From contig JAWQFM010000024.1 in assembly GCA_033442325.1 (NCBI GenBank), positions 571,716 to 635,715 on the forward strand: 64,000 nt of DNA, read 5' to 3'. The notes below the pieces were generated by a model, which saw nothing but the letters and a program-made list of their open reading frames with translations, ran no database searches and was not told the DNA's origin. Both the position numbers and the translations under genes were made by a program. This DNA is from Salpingoeca rosetta. Taxonomy: Eukaryota > Protista > Choanoflagellata. Each line of letters begins with the position of its first letter. Position 1 is the stretch's first letter. This document shows, in pieces, positions 55,336-64,000 of this stretch.

Positions 55336-58300
55336 CCACCACCATCACCACCATTGGCAGCACCATCAGTATTGTCGTCAGTACCAGCACCACTCGCAAC
55401 ACTTCGACGCTCAAATACTTGGCGGGTCAGCCAGTTGCTGCGAGCACCGTGCTGGCGGTTGAGGTCCGATATGATGGCGTCGCCGCACTGCTGGGGATTC
55501 GTGCCAATGACCTGCTCTGCTAGTGCATGGAAGGCTTGCTCAAAGGCACCGCGTCCTTGCTCCGTGCGCAGGTCTGCATCCAGCGGAACTGATGCCGCCT
55601 CATCACCGGGCACAGGGTGCATGAGACGCTGCGCAATACGGTTTACAAGTCCACTCACGGCACGTGTGTTCGCATCAAGCGTGGTCTCCAGCCTCTCGAG
55701 CACGCCCACAATGCGACGAAGAAGCGCAGCCGCCGAGCTCTGCTCGGTGGCAAACGGAAGCTGCTCATTTAGGAGGCGACGCACAGCGGCATCAGACGCA
55801 GCGTCTCGGCACGCAGCGACAAGCAAGCTTGCATGCACGATCATGTCCAAGACGCCAGCGCTGCGTGCAGACAGGTGTCGAACTCCTTCACCGTCTCGTT
55901 GCAAATTTTGGAACGCAAGGGGGAAGTATCCTCGCTGCTGTCTCTGATGCTGAGGTCGCTGCTGCTGCTGCTGTTGTCGGAGGTGGTGGGTGTTGAGGTA
56001 ATGAAAGGGTGGTGGTGCAATCATGCCACGTCCAGCGACGCGGTTGTGCCCAGATTCTCTTCCGATGGGACTTCCACACCGCGCGCAGGTTCCACGGCCG
56101 CTCAATTGTCCACAATCACCAACAGCATACATTTCTCCACATTGGCATTTGTAGGTTGCTGAGCGGTCACGCACTGCGTTGATGGCGCCACTTGCTTCGT
56201 CGTTTGCGGATGCAGGCACGAACAGTGGGGACATGTCTTGAGGTGGTTGTGCAAGCATATGGAGAAGCCCGAGGTCCCTGCCTTCTCGCTCAGCATCGAG
56301 CAAGACACTCGCCAAGTGCAACACGAGCAGTCGCGCGTGCTCGAGGCGCTGGTTCAACAAGGTTCTCTCCGCTTCGCTGTCCGCCCGCAAGTTTGTGCCC
56401 CACACTTGGTGGCGTGGAAGGCGGTTAATGACCGCCGTCATGGCCTCGTGATGGGCTGGGGCGACTGTGAACACCGGGTGATTGAGGACAGCCGGTCGCG
56501 CTTCATCCGCAATCGGACGCATGTTCATGCGGGCCATGACATTGGCAACAACGCCCGGTCCAACGTCCGGTCCAACGTCTGCCCCAGCTGGCTGTTGCTG
56601 CTGTGGGTTGTGCTGTTGGTGGTGCTGTTGGTGCATTCGAAGCTGATTCCACTGTGCAAATGAGGCGGCTTGGCTGGGCACGGCAAAAGGAATGAAAGGC
56701 ACGAGCCAGGCATCCTGGTCCGGCCACTCGAGGCTGGTCAGCCACGGCAGGCGCCGCTCGTGCAATTGCAGAACGGCCCGAAGTCCCTGCAGGTCGCGGT
56801 TCTGTCGAAGGGATTTGAGCAGGAAGAGGCGACGTTGCTTCAAACTTGGTGGTGCAGCCTGCATTGGCGTATCGTCATCGCCAAACAGCATTTGCAAAAC
56901 GTCTGGAAACAGGTCGTCCTCCCGTTGCTCAAGGAGTGCATCGGCAATGAGGCGGATGCATGTGCGCTGCACGGCCACCCCAACAGCTGCATCACGCACC
57001 GTCTCCCTAGTGAAAACGCCGCGATCGTCCACCTGCTGTACGGCATCGAGACAGCGCGCAAGCACCCCTTGCACGCACAGAACAGCGACAGCGGGGGCAG
57101 CCTGGAGCATGCCTGGCAACACTGCGCCCTCAAGCACGTCCACGGTGAGCACAAGCATGGGCGAGCTTCGGGTGGCATCAAAGTCATTTGCACCCAAGAC
57201 AGCAGCCATTCCAGCAAAGAGTGGTCCCGGTGGCTGTGTCATCAAGGACTCAACGTCCTGAGCGCCTGTAGCAAACTTCAACACCGCTGTTCGCACTGCG
57301 CTGCCCGTGTGTGGGAGCCAGAGGTGAGCCTGTGACACTGCCCGCTCCGTGCGTTGCGTGGTGGCAGCCTCCTCCTGCGGCAACTGCTGGATGTCGGCCA
57401 AGCCGCGGAGCGGTCCTCGGCACAACGGGCACGGTTGCGAGAGCTGCACACATTGCTCAAGGCAGCTGTAGCAGAACGCGTGCTGGCAGGCGATGACGCG
57501 GTGTGTGAGCGAGTTTCCCAAGCACACACTGCACGCGTCTCGTGCAGCATGGGTGGTTCTGCGGCACAAAATCCCCAGGAGCTTCCGTTGTACATTGTGC
57601 CCCATGGCAGAAAAGCCAAGGTCCAGCAGCTGGCTGAACAGCGCCAGGGCATCCGACACCAGCCGTCGACGGGGCTCAGCAATCTCCCACAGCCTCTCGT
57701 CTTCCGCACACACGCTCTTGATGAACGTGGTGAGCGGCGTGGGTGAAGCAAACAGCGCGTCGATATCGCGGACGAGCGGGCGAACGGCAAGCTGCGGGTT
57801 TCGCTGCCAACCGCACAGCAGCGCATTGAGCACGTTTGCGCGGAGCACCTGTGCTGGCGCCACAGCAACGGCTGCGGGCGTAATGCCACCGGTCGTGTCA
57901 GTGGCGGTTCTGTTGCCACTGCCAAATCGGCGAACGCGTAGCGCGCTGTCGCGTGAGCGACTGTCGATCAGACCGCTGTCACGTGCGGCAACAGGACCAC
58001 CTGTTCGCTGGGCGGACCGGACGCGAACTAACGCTGCCAGGTGCTGGTTGAGAGTTCGGGCAGCATAGGCTTCGGTAACACCCTCCGCAGTGTTACCATG
58101 GTCCATTGCGCGATTGAAGCGTTTCACAATGTCCTGGCACACGAGTCGCACGAGAGTGGTGGAGGCATCACTGGGGGCAACACTGCCATGCCCGGTGCCA
58201 TCAATGTCCAGGCCACAATCATCAAGTATGTCTTCACCGTCGTCATCATCATGGTCACCGGCGTCTTTATCCTGTACACTGCCTTCGTCGTCGTAATCGT

Positions 58301-61300
58301 CGTAATCGTCGTAATCGTCGTCATCATCATCGTCACCAGCATCATTGGCAAGATGCGCACCCCTGCCTCGTCTGCGCTGCAGTGAACTCATGTTGAGCAG
58401 ATTGACGTGTGTGTTCGCTCGACGTGCAAGCGAGAGGAGACCAAAGAAAGCGCAGAGAGTGTCCTCATTGTCTTGAAGTATCTGCAATGCACGCTCGAGT
58501 TGATGCACGTTCGTGATTTGCGTCAGCTGGCCAACACACATGCGCAGTCCACACCAGATGTCCCGCGTGCTTGCGCCGGCGTGAAGGTCCTTGAAACGAA
58601 CCCAATCAACGAGCAGAAGCGCGCCCACGCACCGCGTGAGCGTCGTAACACTCGATGACGGAGGTGCAGACGTGGTAGAAGCCTCCTGACTGCCGAGTCC
58701 AACAGTCGCCAGGGTGACATACGCATCCAAGCGCACGACGCGGTCTGAACTGCTGGGCAGTTGCTCCAGCACAGCAAACAGCGCTTCCGACAGCGGCAGC
58801 ACGCTGTTGTACGAGACGTGCTTCTCTGGCAGCTGCAGCGACATTGCACCAAGCTGGGTGTCGATACCATTGCTGCTGCTGCCAACGACGCTGCTGCTGG
58901 GGCCAAACGCGTCCAACAAGCCGGGGAACATGCCAGTGACCATCCCGGCATATGTGCGCTCGGGAATGTGCAGCTCAGCCAGGATGGCGCGTGCGTCTGC
59001 ATCGGCCACCTGCGTGGCGTTTGGAACGGAATGGAAGCGCTCCAAGTGGAAGAGAACGCGCGCAATCGCGGAGAGCACCGTCTCCCGCACGCTGGTCACC
59101 AGCCGTTGCGAAAACGTGCCAAAGGTTGGCTGGTGCATGTCTTCCCCAGCAAGCCGGGTTACCCACGCAGGCGCATCATCCAGCGCTTGCACAGCGGCAA
59201 GTGCAATGCACTCGCGAAAACCGCGTGCCATCGCTGCCTGGCCGTGATGTGATCCTGCAGAACTGCCGGCGCCACGGGTGTCCATAGTGTCAAGTTGGCG
59301 CGCGTGGTGGTGCGGGAAAAGGCGCTGCATTGACGACCGCGCGCAGTCCAGCTGGTGCTGAACATGTGAGAAGTTCATTCGCGAGTAGCACCACCACCAC
59401 ATGCCTTCCTCGCGGACGAGATGCTGGTAGAACAGGAGCGAGTGCTCGTCATCCCGCACGGCACTCTTCAGAGACTTGCTGAACAGGTTCAACAGAGCAC
59501 GGTTGGTGCGGTCGGCGGGTGGCATGTGACGATGAGCCACGTCACGCGTTCGCCCTGCTTGCAGCTCTGCAGCTGTACCAGCAGACAGCAAGCCCGACAA
59601 GTCGTCGCAATAGTGCATGTGCCAACCCGGTGAGGCCATGATTGTCCTGAGCAGCGCCAACTCCTTGGTGTGCTCCTTGTGCTCCTTGGTCGTGGAGTGC
59701 ATGTGAATGCACAGGATGAGACGTCGAGGATGTGTTTTCTGCTGTCGCATTGGAGGACTGCCGTGCCGCAGACGCTGGTGTAGCTGGTGGCCCTCGTGCT
59801 GATCGTGCTGATCGTGCTGATCTTGCTGACATCCTTGTCGCTCTTGCTGTTCCTGCCCCCTTTGATGCCATCCTTGTCGCTGGTGCTGATGTTCAAGGAC
59901 AGCAATGTGCCCTTGATCAGAGGCAGGTGTGTTGAGAAGATGCTTGATTTTGTCCTGCGTGAAGGTAAAGTGGCGCAGGTCGCTGAGCGAGAACTGAACG
60001 ACCAGCGTACCGTTGTTGGGCGTTGTCCGCCATGCCTCATTCAGGCGGTGAGTCAGGGCGGCTTCAGACCTCACGTCGCACAGGCGCAGTGTGGAATGGT
60101 TTGGTAGCTCTGTAAAAGGGTGGAAGATGGCTGAGCGCGTGACCACGATGAGTTTTCGGACCGCAGCCCCGTTGGTGTGCGCAGATGTGCTTGCGGTTGC
60201 CTCGCGGCTGCCGCCGCTATCATCGGCATCGCGCATGTCGTCGCGGCCAGCATTGGCACCACTTTCTCCAACGCTGTCATCACCATCACCATCACCATCA
60301 TCACCATCGTCAGCATCATCATCATCGTCATGGTCAGCAAGGTTGCCGTCGTTGTTGTTGTCATCATCTTCGAACCAGCCAATGTGCTGCAGTAGAAGAG
60401 CAAGGGAATGATGGCTGGCACTGCGCATGTATTCTTCAAACACGGCACGCTTGTCGCGGCTCAACTCGTCCCTGTCTGACACTGAGGAAGAGAGCGACGC
60501 CACAAACTGAAGGGACATGAGGTTCACCAGCCCTTGCCGCACCACATCAAAGGCGTCGTGTTGGTGGTCCGCAGACATTGGCAGTGCCGCTGCCATCGCG
60601 CCACCTCGACTCGGGTCATGGCGCAAGTACTTGAGCAGCAGGCTTGGCACCAGGTTGTCGCTGTAGCAAGGGATGGCCCTCGTCTTGTCCTGCAGCGTTA
60701 CGGTGGACGTGTCCTGACCACGCGCAACGATGCGCGTGAGCCAGTTCTCCACCTGCGCGCACACGTCCCGCTGGTCCCTCGTCAACGCGTCTGTGAAGCT
60801 GAGCAGGTACTTCTCGAAGCGGTTGAGAAAGGGTGGGTCATACGTCTGCATCTTCTCGCGATCCATCAGCACGACGCAGCGGAACGTGTCGTGCACGGGA
60901 CACAAGGGGTTGCTGTAAGAGCCCAAGGCAATGGTGCAGTTGCGGCGACCCTGAATGACGGTGTAGCTCTGGTTCAGCATGTCGTACAGGCTGCCATAGG
61001 CGGAATCAAGATCCACCAGCACCAGCATGCCACCATGCTCCATCTTCACAATGATCCGGCTCAGCACGTCGTACGCGTGGTCCTCGCTGCTCATGTCCGC
61101 CTCAAACTGACTGCCGCGGATGATGAGAGCGTTGCTCGTGTCCAAGATGGACAGCGCTGCATCACCAACAGAACCAATGAGGAGATGGCGCGCTTCAAAG
61201 TCGCTCAGGTTCTCTTTGATGCACTCTGACATCCTGCTGCTGGCCGCTTCCAACGCGGTGTGCAGGTCGACTGCGAGCTCAACCAGATTGTGCTGTACCA

Positions 61301-64000
61301 AGTGCTGAACAACAAGCCGGAACATGAGTGCATGCTCGCTCTGTTGCTGCGGGTGGGAAGTGGCGTCAACACCTCCATTATCTGCTGGTGCCTCCCCACC
61401 AGCGTCCCCAACAGCACCGCTGCCATATCCTTCGCCCACACCGTCGTGGTGGCCGCTGCCAGCATTGGCACTGCCAAGCGTGCCGGAGAAGTTTCGGATG
61501 AGGGCGGTGGCAAGCACACTCGCCCCCAAACGCTGTTGGTTCCGACACACAGTCTTGCAGGCGCTGTAAAAGTCGCGAAGGCCAAAGAAGCAGCGCTTGT
61601 GCTTCCCGCCCAATCTGCTGTCAGTGCGTGTTTTGATATACTTGCTGAACGCGTCAGCCAGAGCACGCAGAGTAATATCAAGCAGCCTCAACCTCGAAGA
61701 CGCCCGTGGCCTCAGACCATCTGTCAGGCGAGGCCCGCTGCCACGTTGTGGATGCCCGTCGCTGCTGTGCGCACTGGCATGCCCGTCGCTGGACTGCGAG
61801 CGAAAGCTCTGCGCAATTGCGTCAGCGGTGCTCCGTAGCTCATCACGAGACAGCTCTGGTCGGGAGATGTGCAGTGCGCGGTTCATCTTCGCCGCATCGA
61901 GCGCCCAGTTGGAGATACCAACGACGCCAACACGGAGCTCGCTGCCGTCTGGCGGCTCAAGTTTTGCATGCAGCACCTTGAGCGGGTTGTGGCGCGAGTA
62001 CTCGGCCAGTCCAACCTCATCCAGCACCACCACGGGCAGCACGTTGTCGTTGCTGGCTGTTTGCAGATACGCTTCCGCACGAGCAAACACCTGCAGGATA
62101 CCCTCGCTCGTCGCCTCAACGCTGCCTTGGTACGCAAACACGGTGATGCCCGGGTACAACTTGAGCAGCGGGTCGCGCGAGTCTGGGCCGCGGAGACTGT
62201 TGTTGACGAGGCTCATGCTCACCGTCTTGCTGTTGCCCGGCTTACCGACGAGGAAGATGGGGATGCGGTTGAGCAGCGACACGACAATGGAAAACGTGTT
62301 CTCCAGCAAGGCCGCGTTCTCCGCCAAGTTCTGGAACTGCGGTGGCCGCCTGTCCATGCGGTCCACCATGTCCAGCTGCTCCTGATGCATGAACTTCAAC
62401 AATGCTTTGGCTTTTGCCTGCTGCTCATCACCACCAATGCATCTCCTCAGTAGCGTTCGGCGTTGCGTATTGTCGGACAGGCGCACCATGTAGCACTGCA
62501 TGAGCGACAGCCACGCGGCGTGCATGTTCGCCGTGAGCTCCGCCACGCGGACGTCACGCACGCACTTGTTGTGCGCAAGATCGCCACGGCGCTGCCGCCA
62601 CGTCTTGAAGAACTTGAAGAGCGTGCAGAAGCGCTTGACGTCACGCAAGCTGATCATGTGGTCTGTCTGCGTCCTCAAGAAGTCGTGGCACTGATACAGC
62701 ATGTGCACGACTGCGTTCTTCTCGTCCTGGTCCAGCCCAAGGCCGTCCACCATGCTGCCCATGTACAGTCGCTCGTCGCCAGCGGACAGCTCGCCAAAGT
62801 CCCACACGTACGGCAGCATCGCCTCCGGCAGCGGGTGCACGCGGTACATGAGGTGCGACTGCGCGTCAATGGGCTGGCGCTCCGTGGTGACCAGCCCTGG
62901 TGTTGGTGATGGGCGGTCACGGCGCTTGTACGGGTTGCACGCAGCCGCAATCTTGACGTTGTCCGGGATGGAGCGGGAGCCGCAGCGGCGGCGCACAATG
63001 ATGTCGGACAGCAGGTCGAGGTGTTCGCACGTGTTGATCTCGTCAAGGAAGACCCACACGGTCTTGCCTGCTGATTCTGCCACTGCCGCTGCCGTGGCAC
63101 GTGTGATGGCTGCGTTGACGTAAGCAACAATGTCCTGTGCAGTGGTGCCTGCATGGATGGCCAACGCACCGTCGTACACCACGTCGCGACGCATGTCTGC
63201 CAGCTGCTTGAAGAGGGACGTTTTGCCGCAACCTGCGTGGCCCATCAGAATGCACGGCACGTTGTTGGTGATGCGGATGTAGATCAGCACCATCTTCAGC
63301 ATGTTGTCCAGCGTCATGGCGTACTGGCCCTGCTCTCTGGTATTGGTGTGGTCAAGCAGATGCTGAACGCGCTCAAACAGCTCTTTCGAAGAGTGTGAAA
63401 CCATTGACCTGAGCGGCGCGAGCTGTGCCTCAAAGAAACGTTGCACCTCCTGTGGAACAGCCTGCGGGTCAGTGTAGAAAGGGTACACACACCCATCGTC
63501 AGCAGCGCACAGCATCCAGTGCGTCGCGCCTGATCCCGCGCCAGTCTGAATCCACGCCGGTACACGCTCCATGCGGCGCAGCATGTCATCTGTCATGGTT
63601 CCTTGCGAGTGCTGGTGGTGGTGCTGTGCTTGCCTCACTGCGTCGGCAGAAGGCACGGCAAACCGCCGAACTGTGTCCACCACAGCTGTGACCATGCCTC
63701 GGCGTATCTGGCGCGCTTGCTCTGGCGATAGCCCCATGTATGCGCAAAGCATCTGCTGTTGCACATACGCACTCGTGAACATGCGCGGCAGCTGCTGTGC
63801 TGTCACTCGAAGGAAAGCGTTGAGCTCGGCAAACGAGGCATGCCCCTCTTGCAGACGCGGGAAGTAGTGCTGAAGGAGCTCGAGGCAGCGCTCCCGCGGC
63901 AACGTTGGAATATCGACGAAGACTGTGGTGGCAATCTCTGCGCCGTACGTGAGGTGCGGCTCAACATATGCAGTGGACATGTCATTGGTGTGCAAGAGGT
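53538..64000 (-). CDS. RNF213/mysterin-like giant AAA+ ATPase / RING / RZ-finger E3 ubiquitin ligase (5' end beyond window; >10.4 kb single exon)
   Basis: The frame is open to the window edge. Motifs YAMTLDNMLKMVLI..R...VPCILMGHAGCGKT, WVFLDEINT, AACNPY, YRVHPLP, VWDFGEL, SLRDVKR, IPIFLVGKPGNSKT, VVVLDEVGLAE.S..NPLKVLH..LE, GISNWALDAAKMNR, FFGLRDFY, LYDMLNQ and PFLNRFEK are characteristic of the RNF213 dynein-like core. C3HC4 RING at ~57420-57533 and RZ finger at ~56045-56152. Confidence 0.92.
56045..56152 (-). other. RZ (RNF213-ZNFX1) finger
   Basis: YKCQCGEMYAVGDCGQLSGRGTCARCGSPIGRESGH compared with the family pattern C-x3-H..[VI]G[ED]CG......C..C...IGG..H. Confidence 0.85.
57420..57533 (-). 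other. C3HC4 RING finger of the RNF213-like protein
   Basis: CSVCLGNSLTHRVIACQHAFCYSCLEQCVQLSQPCPLCR. Confidence 0.9.

Overview
This is eukaryotic, intron-rich, GC-rich DNA whose introns are filled with (TG)n/(CA)n microsatellites and use GTGCGT/GTACGC/GTGAGT-type donors. The style and gene content point to a choanoflagellate such as Salpingoeca (inference). Almost all short ORFs in the supplied track are microsatellite or antisense artefacts. Stitching exons by splice site and phase gives 10 protein genes: (1) a 5'-truncated multi-VWA, mucin, CADG, SEA-like, TM receptor whose C-terminal half closely resembles animal dystroglycan and carries a PPxY/pTyr-rich tail; (2) a secreted collagen-repeat, IPT-like, fibrinogen-like protein; (3) a 67-aa PIGBOS1-like microprotein; (4) a pyridoxamine 5'-phosphate oxidase-family FMN protein; (5) a sterol desaturase/fatty-acid hydroxylase; (6) a Yak1/DYRK-family kinase with an identically duplicated exon; (7,8) a head-to-head pair of dermatopontin-repeat/Sushi proteins, one secreted with an NHL propeller and one membrane-anchored with a large bacterial-looking module; (9) an LRR receptor TKL kinase with a frameshift; (10) a >10 kb intronless RNF213/mysterin-like AAA+/RING/RZ-finger E3 ligase running off the right edge. 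The most striking signal is a set of animal-type ECM/adhesion modules (dystroglycan-like, collagen plus fibrinogen-like, two dermatopontin proteins) plus an RNF213-like immunity gene in an apparently unicellular holozoan. Homology calls rest on recalled motifs, not on database searches.
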